The notes: a model not told the origin generated them from the letters alone. Positions 27,976 to 41,631 are shown, counted from the first letter of the stretch. The stretch: DNA of 64,000 bases from Octopus vulgaris (GCA_951406725.2 OX597819.1:129208001-129272000), one strand, 5' to 3'. Made by a program: numbers and translations.

Positions 27976-28524
27976 CTTCATAAATTGTGAAAAATTATCG
28001 TCGTCACTTCTGACAAGGGTTGCCGGTAATAATAATAATAAAAAAAACAACAACATTAATTAAAAACAGTAAACAAATAAACAAACTTTAACCGTTTTTT
28101 TTTTTTTACCGGGTATTATTAATTACTATAATGTAATTAAGAAATACCCAGTCAAAATTGTGATTTCTTCACAAACAGTTTAATAAAGAATTCTCTTGAG
28201 AAAGTACAAAGGACAGATTTCATGGTAATGGCTCGCTGTTGCTGCTGCTGCTAGCGTTGTTGTTGTTGTTGTTTGTTGTTGTTGTTGTTGTTGTTTAGCA
28301 ACGGGCCAGCCCTGTTCAAAGGAAGCGATGATCAAAGACATTTGTAGTCAAGCATCGCATTGTCTTTCTCTGGAGCATTGGACCTATCTAGGACCAATAT
28401 ATTATCAAATTGTGTTTGTTGTTCCTGCTCCCTTTGTTTTGGAGCAAATATTAGGCTACCTTAATTGTAGCTGATCCGTGTGAAATGAGGGCCCCTATGT
28501 TTTGCTTTTCGGGACACGCACACA

Positions 28525-28573
<49 letters not shown>

Positions 28574-28704
28574 TTACACAACAGACGGACGGAAAAAACG
28601 GACAGGCAGACAGACAACATGCAGGCAGGGAAACAAGCAGACAGACAGACAGACAGGCAGACAGACAGACAGACTGACTGACTAATTAATTGATTAATTG
28701 ATTA

Positions 28705-28744
<40 letters not shown>

Positions 28745-29346
28745 GTTGATAGCTGTAGTGGATCGTGTGTTGCACTCACGAACTCAAGGTCGTGGTTTCA
28801 CTTCACAGACCGACGGTTCATTGTGTCCTTGAGCAAGACACTTCATTACACATTGCTCCAGGTCGATTCAACTATGAATCGATTGCCGTGCGTCGGAATG
28901 AATGTCCGGTTCAGGCGGAATGTTGATCTGCACACTTCCACCCCCACCCGCTTAGCCAGTGGGGTGGCATCATTCAATAGCTAAAACAATGCGAGGAAGA
29001 GCATCGTAACCCTCGAAAAAATCCCAATATTTTAAAAATTTTCTTTGCGGGAACGACTGTTTTAACGAAGACGCGTCTTGTCCCTACGTTCGAAACACGG
29101 AGTAAATAAAACAGGGGACAACTGATGAAGGGAATGTTCTTTAAGTTGCCCGTCTCGTTTCTCTATTTGTTTCTTAAGTTGTTCGAAAAAAAGTTCGTTT
29201 TCTATGTATTTGTTTTTTATGTCTTCGTTTCTCATTTTATTCACGTATTTTTTTTTACGTCCTGTACCCATATATGCATGTATATATACATATATCTATA
29301 GGCATGTACATATATGTATGTATATATGCATATTTCCTCTCACACC

Positions 29347-29398
29347 GTCTTCGATGAAGGGATATTATTAATTAATATTCTAGAAACAGCTGTAAGAC
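29347..29398 (+). ncRNA. Minimal hammerhead motif, UCGAUGA core variant
   Basis: gtct TCGATGA a GGGATATTA ttaat TAATATTCT a GAAAC AGCT GTA agac; palindromic ACAGCTGT stem III, stem I gtct/agac. Confidence 0.7.
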
Positions 29399-29461
29399 CT
29401 TCTATCAATAAATGCTCTAATATCTATACAGCCTCGGTTTTTTATCTCATTACGCAAAAAA

Positions 29462-29505
<44 letters not shown>

Positions 29506-29519
29506 TGTATGTATGTATA

Positions 29520-29584
<65 letters not shown>

Positions 29585-29599
29585 GGTTTTTTTGCTCAT

Positions 29600-30002
29600 G
29601 TTAACTTGTTTTTTGTTTTAGTGTTAGAGATCGTGTTGGAAGGGAGACAATTGTAAAGGATTAACTAATTTAGTAGAGGTTTCTTGCCTTGTCCCGATTT
29701 TACAAATAAAATTCTCACTCTCTTTGATTTAGTCGATTTTCTGTTCGACTTCATTCTGCAAGGTGTTCATTCGATTGTCGCATATTAAGTTTTTGATCAT
29801 TGCAAATAGTTCATCCTCGACTGGTTGTAATAATAGATTGGATGGTGAGCACTTGGATGTTATGAATCCTTAGTCGTTTGTCGGATTGACATCGTGTTTA
29901 AATTTTCCGTGTTTAATCTCTCGATGAAACTTTCGATTTTTTTTTTTTTTGTAATCGTATCTTCAGGCAATATTTCTTGGCAGATATAGGGGTATTCTTC
30001 GA
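29600..30002 (-). pseudogene. Penelope-like element (Neptune-type) ORF N-terminal remnant
   Basis: Frameshifted SKNTPISAKKYCLK...IESFIERL, GFITSKCSPSNLLLQPVEDELFAMIKNL and IKESENFICK-DKARNLY resemble the PLE pre-RT motifs KNIPIP, ESFIKR, GFKS..PP and ADKTxNxY. Confidence 0.7.
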
Positions 30003-30254
30003 GTGTATAAGATGTTGCTGCATCTTCTTTTATATTCAATCAATGCTAGGAAAGTACTCACTTTAGAAAGAAGCTATTATATTAAATGTTTATAGGCGTG
30101 ATGCAGCCGAGCAAATTTGCGATTTTCTTGTTAGAGTTTTCGATGGATTCACACAAGAGCAAGCATGCAATCACGCAGACAAGAGTAAGAATGTATGGAG
30201 GTGGATATACATTTGCATATGTATTTGAATTAGTATGTGTGTATATATGTATGT

Positions 30255-30313
<59 letters not shown>

Positions 30314-30373
30314 TATATGTTTACATTCATATATGTATGTATTTATACATGTGCGTGTATATGTTTTTATAAT

Positions 30374-30415
<42 letters not shown>

Positions 30416-30488
30416 TATACATATATGTGCAAATATATACATATATATACATATATACATATATATACATGCATATATGCATATATAC

Positions 30489-30522
<34 letters not shown>

Positions 30523-30527
30523 TGACT

Positions 30528-30570
<43 letters not shown>

Positions 30571-30699
30571 TTTCGAAGGTGTATGTTGTACATGTGCATA
30601 TATTTGGATGCATACATGCATGAATTAGCAGTTCCCTACAGGTGTGTGTGTGTGTGTTTATTACGTATGTGTATGTATATACACATACACACACACAAC

Positions 30700-30740
<41 letters not shown>

Positions 30741-31583
30741 AGTGAAAGAGAGACGTGAATATACATATAAAAACCTAAATGTCTCTATGGAAAATTTATA
30801 ACAACCCAATCTCTTTTATTAAACCAGTTGAAATTATATTTTGAAACGAATCCTCAACGGTAACTATTAAATTTGACCTGTCTTTCATTTACGTTCCGTT
30901 ATAAACTGAACCAGTCACATCTATACCAATAAAATATTTTTGCATGAACCCTAAAAATAGCCTGATAGCATAATCTCAAACTTTTTACATTAACAAATCT
31001 ATAGGAAATTTTGAATAGACTTAAGGATATTTTCAGCTAAGATAAGTTGTGATTTATCTGTCACCTGAACTCCTATACAAATCTAACTTTTAGCACCTGG
31101 TTTTACATACGTGTTCGGCTGAATCCAAACAATAGCATACAAACAAAAAATAAACCCAAAAAATCGTATTATGTATTAAAATTTCAGCAGATGTTATCAA
31201 ACGAACACAAACGAGAAAGATTTTCAGGGCCATCCTTTTCTCTCAGCCCTCACCCTATAAATGTATACATTCTTCCTGTCCTCAATTTCCCCTTTTTATA
31301 CAACCACATTATATTTTTTCTCAACAAGCTCACCTACTCTTCACTTAACTAATATACATATCACTTCACCCATCAAGTCCCATACGAAATTTAGACCATA
31401 GTGAATAGGTCCGGAAAACCAAACTAAGCCATAGTCTAATGACGGCAAGTAAATTGAAACCACTATCTAATTTTTCCTTGTAAAAATATTTCTAAAATAT
31501 GTTACTATACTTAAAATTGTTTCATAATTCTTGATTTTAATGTTTGATTGTCTTTTGCATAAAAATACATATAATATAAATTA

Positions 31584-31675
<92 letters not shown>

Positions 31676-31769
31676 TATATATATATATATATAATAAATA
31701 TTAGGGAATAAATCCAAATTTACAAGGAAAAATCAGATTTAAGATTGAATCCAATTTTATAATAAATAT

Positions 31770-32070
31770 TATATTATAATAAATTAGAGACAAAACCACT
31801 ATTATGCAAATCAAACAAAGAAAGACTTAAGCCAATACATAAAAAATTTATATAATTAAAATTTAACAAATGAATAACCACTACGATCGTTTCGTGTCAG
31901 CACATCTTAGACATTCTTCAGGTGGTTTCTAAACCTTCTTAGCGAGTTATAACTCGCTAAGTGGTTATTCATTTGTTAAATTTTAATTATATAAATTTTT
32001 TATGTATTGGCTTAAGTCTTTCTTTGTTTGATTTGCATAATAGTGGTTTTGTCTCTAATTTATTATAATA
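31770..32070. mobile_element. PLE pseudo-LTR-like fold-back element with ~110-bp inverted arms
   Basis: 31770-31882 is the reverse complement of 31960-32070; hammerhead and a 24-bp palindrome lie between the arms. Confidence 0.85.
31877..31926 (-). ncRNA. Type I minimal hammerhead ribozyme, canonical core
   Basis: Minus strand: accac CTGAAGA aTGTCtaagatgtgctGACAc GAAAC GATC GTA gtggt. Confidence 0.85.
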
Positions 32071-32212
32071 TATATATATATAAAACCCATGCTAGCATGG
32101 AAAGTGGGCGTTAAACGATGATGATGCTGATATATATATGCACATACATACAAACACATATGTATATGTATATAAGTATTAAAATATATATATGTATATA
32201 TATATATGTATA

Positions 32213-32280
<68 letters not shown>

Positions 32281-32281
<1 letters not shown>

Positions 32282-33112
32282 TAGCAGAATTGCCCAGCGT
32301 TGCTCGGGGCTGAATTGCTTGAAAGTACTGTTAATGATTGCACTGAATTATGATGATTATTCAGGCAAATATTGATAAAAGTTTACGGTGGGAGATAAGG
32401 ACTTAACGATCAAGCGTGTGCCATTGCATTGTTTTGGGGGAACCAAATTTCTGATGAGCATTATAGGGGCACCAACTTTAAGTTTGAGAAAGTGTGGTGG
32501 TAGTCCGGGGTGCTCAAAGGAATTGAGTACCTCTATTGGATAGTTGATGACGTCCTCTGGGTCAGGAGTTGTATCGATAGACTTCCCCAGGAATGAGTTT
32601 TAGCATTTCATCATTAATATGGTGAACAGTTTTATTCCTCGGGGCCAGTATAGCCTTTTTGCCAATCCAATCCATATTCTGATAATTAGCTTGTAGATCT
32701 GGGAACACTGCATCTCTGAGATCAGAAGGCGTCTTAACAATGTTACAAATGGAATCGATGGCAATATTACCATTTTCATCCCCTGGTATTTTGCCTTCGC
32801 CAAGTGCAATGAGGGTGTGAGGAAATGCTGCTGATGTGATATTACGTCGCATATGAGCACGCATATTGGTGTGAAGTTTGAGAGTTACTTCCCTTAATTT
32901 TTAAAAAATGCATTAAAATGGGAAAAAATGATGGTAAATTATTTGTAAAATCGTAGACTCATCGTAGACGCGCGCTAATACCCAGAAGGGCTCGATATGA
33001 ATCACGACTATAAGATACTCGGTTTTGGTTAAACTGCATCGCAAAATGTGGGAGTAGTTAGGAATCTAAATCGGAGTAGACAGACACACAACCTTTCTTT
33101 TATATATAAAGA
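32281..33112 (-). mobile_element. Internally deleted Helitron carrying a RepHel Pif1-like helicase fragment
   Basis: A|TC...CTAG|T termini with 3' hairpin; peptide KLHTNMRA...AVFPDL...KAILAPRN..VHHIN...[44 protein letters not shown]. Confidence 0.95.
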
Positions 33113-33768
33113 TTTTCGTCCTAAAAAACTTTGTATGGAGTGAATGGTTACCTCTATGGAAATATATACACACACATTATACATACATGTGTGTATAGAT
33201 GAATATATAAATACATTTAAATATCTATATACACTTTTGGACGATCTTTCTGCTTCTTAGAGATAACTTTAGATCTTATTTTCGTCCTAAAAAACTTTGT
33301 ATGGAGTGAATGGTTACCTCTTTGGAAATATATACACACACGTTATACATACATGTGTGCATAGATGAATATATAAATACATTTAAATATCTATATACAC
33401 TTTTGGGCGATCTTTCTGCTTCTTAGAGATAACTTTAGATGTTATTTTCGTCCTAAAAAACTTTGTGCGGAGTGAATGGTTACCTCTATGGAAATATATA
33501 CACACACATTATACATACATGTGTGTATAGATAAATATATAAATACATTTAAATATCTATATACACTTTTGGGCGATCTTTCTGTTTCTTAGAGATAACT
33601 TTAGATCTTATATTCGTCCTAAATAACTTTGTATGGAGTGAATGGTTACCTCTATAGAAATATATACACACACATTATACATACATGTGTGTGTCTATAT
33701 ACACTTTTGGGCGACTGCTACTTAGAGATAACTTTAGATGTTATATTCGTCCTAAATAACTTTGTATG
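33113..33768. repeat. 166-bp tandem repeat, about 4 copies
   Basis: Unit starts at 33113, 33279, 33445, 33611 and 33744; fourth unit internally deleted, fifth partial. Confidence 0.95.
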
Positions 33769-34124
33769 AATTGAAAAAGAAAATGAATTGAAATTCTAAA
33801 AGAAAGGAATTTGTTTACATACATGTGTAAAAGGGCAAATGTTTGTGCAGTTGTCCGATGGAACTGATGTATTATAATGAATAGTCCTCCTTCTTGTGAA
33901 TATTAATTTGATTAATATGAACTGAAAACCAGTGGTGTAGCATAGGTGATCTTCTAGCAAAAAGGATGACCAGTCTGAATGGGTCAAACCTGTCACACAC
34001 ACACACACACGCACCCTCACACACACGCACACACACACACACAGAGAGACACACACGCACACACACACACACACACACACACGTTAGCTTACAATTTTCT
34101 TTCAACAATTGACACTGTCGTATA

Positions 34125-34612
34125 TATTAGCGTGTCTATGTGTCTAACGAGGAAGTGGGAGTAATAGGCAGAGTAAAGGCTTCAAAGTGAAATGTTAAAA
34201 TATTGAGTTTTCTCGAATTTTGTCTTAATTGGGGGTGAAATTGAAAGAAATTTTGTATGGCATGACCCAATGGAAGTTCTTTGAAAAATCATAGGTAAAG
34301 TCTAATTGAAGAAATTGTGTGAGGAGTAAATCGTTATGTATTTATTTGTTTCTGTTTGCTGGTTTTTTTTTTGAGTAGTGTTGTAAGGTAGACTTGCAAA
34401 GAGAAAGTCATTTATTCGTTGCACACTGTGTGTGTGCGTTTGCGTGTGCTGTAAACCAGACTAAGAAAAGCATTTGACATACACACCAGAATGTGAGTTT
34501 TCTGTAAATTTTGCTTAATTGGAGTTTAAATTGTAATTGAAGAAATCCTATATTGTAGATTTCTATAAGTGACAAAGGGAGGCAGATAAAATCTGCCTTT
34601 TATAATAAGAGA
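34125..34612 (-). mobile_element. Possible decayed Helitron
   Basis: Minus-strand start A|TCTCTTATTATAAAAGGCAG resembles Helitron 5' ends; 3' CTAG and hairpin not intact. Confidence 0.35.
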
Positions 34613-34775
34613 TGTATGTATGTACACACACACACATACAGTAGTACCTCGGTTTTCGTACCTAGTCATTCTCCGATGCCTCAGCACCAGAAGACGACTC
34701 GAATTTTGCATTGAGTACAATATATGAAAGTAATCCATTTCCGTTAAACCAATTTCAGCGAAGTAATTACATTAT

Positions 34776-34809
<34 letters not shown>

Positions 34810-35119
34810 CTGATACCCACTCGCACAATAATTATCAATAATTATTCGCAATAGTTTTGTATAGTTTTCCTATTGCAGGGAAAAGGATTTGTGTTCGAGC
34901 CCCACTTGTCGCGGTTGCTTTCTAATCGCTACATTGTGGGGATTAGAAGGCAACCACCACGAAAAAGATAAATGCGATGACAACACTACACAAAAGGGCT
35001 TAAAGCGGCCAATTGTTCGCCATCTAATCCTTTAATACCGTTGCGGATTAACTAGTCACAATGGTCAAAAACTTAACATTTGACCTGTGAATTGCAGAAT
35101 GACCTCAAGCAAGCAGTCT

Positions 35120-35132
35120 AAATACATTCATA

Positions 35133-35166
<34 letters not shown>

Positions 35167-35464
35167 CAGACATACATACATACACACACACACACATACA
35201 TACATACATACATACATACAGACATACATACACACACACATACATACATACATACATACATTCATACATACATTCATACATACATACACACATTCATACA
35301 CACATACATACACACACACACATACATACATACATACACACATACATGCATACATTCATACATACATACATACATACATACATACATACATACATACATA
35401 CATACACACACATACATACAAACATACATACATACATACACACATACACACATACATACATACA

Positions 35465-35496
<32 letters not shown>

Positions 35497-35964
35497 CCTA
35501 AAATACCTTTGCTGAACTATGGAGAAATCTACAGTTATTCTATCCAGATTACAGGTTCAAGTTTATACCTGTAATAATTAGGGCATTGGGATATGTAACA
35601 CACTGCCTAAATACCAATCTTGAGTAATTAGGCTTCTTAAAACCAAAAAGGAGAAAGCTGGTTTGAAGACTGCAAATCCAATCCATCACTGGAACTAAAA
35701 ATATTTGTAAAAGTTTCCAGAAGTTTATCAGTTAAGTATATATAAACATGTCTAGACATGCAACTATATGCATGAGAATGTATATATAAAACAAAACATA
35801 CAAATCTGCACATATACATACGTACATACAAAAATACATACATGCATACATGCATATATACACACACACATACATACATACATACATACATACATTCATA
35901 CATACACACATACATTCATTTATATATGTGAACATATACATATATATATACATATATATATGTA

Positions 35965-36002
<38 letters not shown>

Positions 36003-36222
36003 TTTTGTACATATTTATTATTATTCTTTTGCAAAAAACAATGCAACTTTCTTTTTTCCCCTTTCTCATTTTTAAAAAAACTTTTGTTACATAACTATTC
36101 TTGATAAGTCACACTATGACGAAAACCGGTTTGAATAAATATATATTTATATATTTTTTCAATTTCTCATTTCATTAAAATTTTCTTTCAATCTAGCATT
36201 CTGCATTTTTACAATTTTTCCT

Positions 36223-36257
<35 letters not shown>

Positions 36258-37330
36258 GCTGAGCAAAATTCTTAGCGGCATATCGTCCGCCTTATCTTTC
36301 TGAGTTCAAATTCCGTTGGGGTCGACTTTGCCTTTCATACTTTCGGGGTCGATAAAATAAGTACCGGTTCAGCACTGGGGTTGATGTAACCGACTTTTCA
36401 CCCGCCTCCAAAATTACTGGATTTTTGCCAGAATTTGAAATTAATATATATGCATGAATGTACATATGTGTACATATGTCTGTATATAAATGTGTGTGTG
36501 GGGTGGGGGGTAGACACTGATTTTTTTAGTGGTTCGTTTCATGCCATGGTTTCACAGTAGTGTCGAGGAATTTGGAGGCAGCAACCTTCAGGAGATTTTC
36601 ATAATAGTTGGAGAAGCGAGTTTGCCGAAGTTTCTGGAGAGTAGCGCGAAATCAAGGAGCGGACATAACTATAGACACTATGTATGTATGCATGTATGTA
36701 TGCATGTATGCATGCATGTATGTATGTATGTATGTATGTATGTATGTATGTATGTATGTATGTATGTATGTATGTATGTATGCATGCATGCATGCATGTA
36801 TGTATGTATGTATGTGTGTGTGTTTGTATGTGTGTATGTATGTATGTATGTATGTGTGTATGTATGTATGTATGTATGTATGTATGTATGTATGTGTGTG
36901 TGTTTGTATGTGTGTATGTATGTATGTATGTATGTATGTATGTATGTATGTATGCATGCATGCATGCATGTATGTATGTATGTATGTGTGTGTGTTTGTA
37001 TGTGTGTATGTATGTATGTATGTATGTGTGTATGTATGTATGTATGTATGTATGTGTGTGTGTTTGTATGTGTGTATGTATGTATGTATGTATGTATGTA
37101 TGTATGTATGTATGTATGTATGTATGTATGTATTTATTTATGTATGTATTTATTTATGTATGTATGTATGCTTGTATGTATGTATGTATGTATAGTTGTA
37201 TGTATGTACGTATGAATGTATATATGTATGTTTGTATGTATGTATGTATATATGTATGTATGTATGTATGCATGTATTTATTTATGTATGTATTTATTTA
37301 TGTATGTATGAATGAATGTATGTATGTATG
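35120..37330. repeat. (CATA)n and (GTAT)n tetranucleotide arrays with intervening elements
   Basis: Direct inspection (35120-35495 and 36680-37330). Confidence 0.9.
36096..36137 (+). ncRNA. Minimal hammerhead motif with U3-A8 core pair
   Basis: tattc TTGATAA GTCA cacta TGAC GAAA ACCGGT TT gaata; perfect stems I and II, palindromic AACCGGTT stem III. Confidence 0.75.
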
Positions 37331-37544
37331 ACCTGGAAATTCCCTTACTGGAATGAAATTAATGATCACTTTAATGTATGGAACCTTTCAATTCCAATAA
37401 TATATCTTTACCGAAAGATATATATAACGAGTTCTCACTTTCTTGGCCGTGTTTAATACCTACCTAATACATCCAAATTACTCTGATTGCTGTGCATTGC
37501 TATTCCTACCACCACCGACTCCACCACTGCTACTACTGCTGCTG

Positions 37545-37614
<70 letters not shown>

Positions 37615-38629
37615 CGCCTCTACAAAGAGTCTCCAAAACAGTAAAACAAAATGCAGTTTACTAAGCTACTGTTCAAACTCACACAGAATCATTCTAAATA
37701 AATAATCCTAAATGTCACATCATATTCGTTTCTAATTTAGTCACATGACAGCCAATGTTGAGGGATAGAACTAAGTCGGCAACATCGACCCCTCGACTCT
37801 AATACTTGATAGGTACTTTATTTTATCGACCCACAGAGAGATGAAAAGCGAAGTTGACCTTTGCAGGTTTTGAACTCAGAACGCAAAGATCCGGAGCTCC
37901 AACGTTTCTGCCAATGCACTGCCATCTAAATGCTACCTCATAATACTTTCAAATTTCTGCACAAGGCCAGCAATTCTCAGTAGATTGAGAAATCGATAAC
38001 ATCGAATCCCAATACGCAACTGCTACTTATTTTATCGACCTCGAAAGAATGAAAAAGCCAAAATTGGCCTCGGCGAAATTTGAACTCAGAACGTCAAGAG
38101 CGGGAAGACATGTAAATGCTATATTATCAAAGTTGGTGCTGGTTACTCAATATTTCCTTTCTGTTTTGGCCATATTTGACAATTATGATAAAGATAAGAG
38201 TCAACGAGGAAGTTTTTATGTGGTTGCTTCACCTACACGTAATAGCAGCCAAATCTGCTTCATATGACACCTTACAATCTTAACAATAAAAGGACACATT
38301 CGACAATGTAATACCTGGTGGCAAAAAAACAAAAAAAATCTTTTAATATAATGCATATCCTTTATCTTTTACCTTTTACTGTTCCAGTCACTGGACTGCG
38401 GCCATGCTGGGGCACCAATTTGAATCGAACGCAATAATTATACTTTTTGTTGTTTTTTCTTCGATTTTTTATTTTTTGTTGGCTTTTTTCCAGTCAGTGA
38501 CTTGTTCTATTGGTCTCTTTAGCCGAATTGCTAAGCTACGAGAACATAAATCAATCGGTCCGGTGAAAACAAACACAAAGGCACACATATGCACATATAC
38601 ACACATTTATACAAACGTACATACATTAC

Positions 38630-38712
<83 letters not shown>

Positions 38713-38721
38713 ATGATACAA

Positions 38722-38838
<117 letters not shown>

Positions 38839-39524
38839 AAAGTCAAACATTAAAGTCTTTTAGGTTTAAGTTTAAAATTTAAACTGCGTTTTAGGTATTC
38901 CCTTGTAGTATGCCAACAAATCACGTTTATTGCCTATGGCTACCTGGCGTCATCCACGGTAATTGCCCAATCGTAGCAGGATTTACGTCAGGAATTCCTC
39001 TGTGCGCGTTGAGTATAGCAGCAACAATGGATACGGCAGACAGAGTATACTGGAAACTTTATTTATCACAACAATTGTTTCGACACATGCTGCACCGCTC
39101 CATCGTGGGTGAGAAACTGTAACAATGAATTACAATGCACCACACAGTGCAGATGCATCTCTTCAGATGATGCAATTCAGTTTCGACGAGCTTCCACAGT
39201 TTCCATCTACCAAACACACTCACAAGGCATTGGTCCATCTGAGGCTACAATAGAAGACACTTGCGCAAGGTGCCGCGTGGTTGCAAAGCGAACTTCTTAA
39301 TCACGCAGCCATGCCCGCGTCCAGAACTTTTCCAGATGGTCTTTAGTTTATGGCGGAAATTGAGAATAGGAATGCCAACGGTAAATCTATACGTAACATA
39401 GGCACTGAGCCCCTTCTTTCTTAGAAATATTAGTACGTAGTACACTCAAATTAGTCTGATTGGCTGGCGTTATCTTGGGGTTTTTTTGAATTTTTTTTAA
39501 TTTTTTTTTAAAGAGAACAAGAGC

Positions 39525-39582
<58 letters not shown>

Positions 39583-39589
39583 ATATTGG

Positions 39590-40075
39590 AAATTAACTGA
39601 GAGAATAGTGGAAAATTGTGGAAGCATTAAGAATGGTGGAAAAGGGAGAGAAGAAGAAAAGGGTAGTAGGAGTGAGGAGCAAAGTGGTAGGGACTGAGTG
39701 GAAATATTGGAAAGTGAGGGAGACGTGAGAATGGTGGTAGATGTGAGGGGTAAAGTGGGAGGGACGGAGTGGAAATATCGGAGAGGGCAATGAGTATGGT
39801 AGTAGGGGTGAGAGGCGATGTGATGTGAATGGTGGTAAAAGAGAGGGGTAAAATGGAAGGAAAGGATTGACTGGAAATAAGGGAGAGTGGTGGAAGATGG
39901 GAATGGTGATAAGAGGGGAGGGTAAAGTGGGAGGGACGGAGTGAAAATAACGGGAGGGGAGGTTGGAAATGGTGGTAGGAGTTAGGGGTAAGTGGAGGGA
40001 ATGGATGGAGACAACGGAGAGTGAGGGGATGAAAATGAGGGTAGGAGGGGCAGTGTGATGGTGGTAGGAGCGGGG
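39590..40075. repeat. Degenerate purine-rich minisatellite (~60-70 bp unit)
   Basis: Recurrent GAATGGTGGTAG..GTGAGGGGTAAAGTGGGAGGGACGGAGTGGAAATA. Confidence 0.7.
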
Positions 40076-40078
40076 GAT

Positions 40079-40496
40079 AAGGCGACGAGCAGGCAGAATC
40101 GGTAGCACGCCGGGCAATATGGTTTGTGGTATTTCGTCTGTCTTTACGTTCTGAGTTCAAATTCTGCCGAGGTCGACTTTTGCCTTTCATCCTTTCGGGG
40201 TCGATGAATTAAGTACCAGTTACGCACTGGGGTCGATGTAACCGACTTAATCCGTTTGTCTGTCCTTGTTTGTCCCTTCTGTGTTTAGCCCCTTGTAGGT
40301 AGTAAAGAAATAGGTATTTCGTCTGCTGCTACTTTCTGAGTTCAAATTCCGCCGAGGTCGACTTTGCCTTTCATCCTTTCGGGGTCGATAAATTAAGTAC
40401 CAGTTATGAACTAGGGTCGATGTAATCGACTTAATCCGTTTGTCTGTCCTTGTTTGTCCCCTCTATGTTTAGCCCCTTGTGGGTAGTAAAGAAATA
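40079..40496 (+). mobile_element. SINE family A dimer (full copy plus 5'-truncated copy)
   Basis: Second unit starts at internal GGTATTTCGTCTG (40313); outer TSD GGTGGTAGGAGC. Confidence 0.9.
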
Positions 40497-41196
40497 GGTG
40501 GTAGGAGCAGGTGGGAAAATAGATGGAAATCGAGGTGAATGAAAATGGTTGTGTAAGAGTGAGGAAGGGCGAGATTGATGGCAAAGTGGATGCGGGAATA
40601 ATGAAACAATGGAGTAATAACTAGTTTTATGGACAGAGAAGCTTTTCGACTGGTAATTAGTTTTCGTCGTATTAAACCGACATTCTGCTGAACCAATCCA
40701 TTTATCATTCTATTTCCTATTTCTCAGTCATCTCTCCCTCTTTCTCTCTTCACTTGATAAAATCGTAAAGTATCTAGTGGGAGAAAGGGGTACGTCGAGG
40801 GGTAGAGGGAAGTGGGAATAAATGGTTAGAAAGAAACTGTGGATGGTGGGGAAGTGGGGGAGAGATGGAGAGAGAGAAAGGGACGGAAGAAGCGACAACG
40901 TAATCAAACGAAAACGAAACCGAAACTAGCCAAAGAGGCTCCGGCGGCGGCGGCAGATGCATTTCCACCTGCTTTTAGCAGATTATCACAATCAGCATTA
41001 TCGCAAAGAGCCACCGCCAACACCATCGCTACCATTCCTGCCACCACCACCACCACCAGCAATAACCATCACCAGCTAACCGAGTGGTCTCTATGGAGTC
41101 ATTCGACCTGGTAGAAATAGCAGCCAAATCTCCCTTAAATTCACCTCTAAAGCGTCTTAGAAAATGAAGGACACATTAAACAATGTGCTCATATAC

Positions 41197-41261
<65 letters not shown>

Positions 41262-41589
41262 CGTGCTTACACGCATACATACATGCATAAATGCATTCAT
41301 ATTTGCATACATGCATGAATACACCCGAACACAAACACACGTACATCGCGCACGTGCACACACATACACACACAAACACACGCACATATACACACACACA
41401 CACATATACACATACACACACATACACACACATACACACGCACATACACGCACATACACACACGCACACGCGCACACACACATACACTGTCATGAAAATA
41501 CTACAGATATTCAAACAAACCGGATCGCCACGGTTAGAAAGTCTTTGATCATAGCTTAGCTCAAACAGGATTGACCTAGGAATAGTAAC

Positions 41590-41596
41590 ATATTAT

Positions 41597-41631
<35 letters not shown>

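Noticed and set aside
26566-28056. Poly-His, poly-Met and poly-Ile ORFs (also 42400-44150 and 46633-47179)
   Set aside because: Trinucleotide repeats with no splice or domain evidence
33113-33768. CRISPR-like array (also considered for 58220-58515)
   Set aside because: Whole units repeat with no unique spacers; eukaryotic context with no cas genes
38895-39122. Open frame between TTTTAG and GTGAG as a possible exon
   Set aside because: Peptide unrecognisable and no partner exons found
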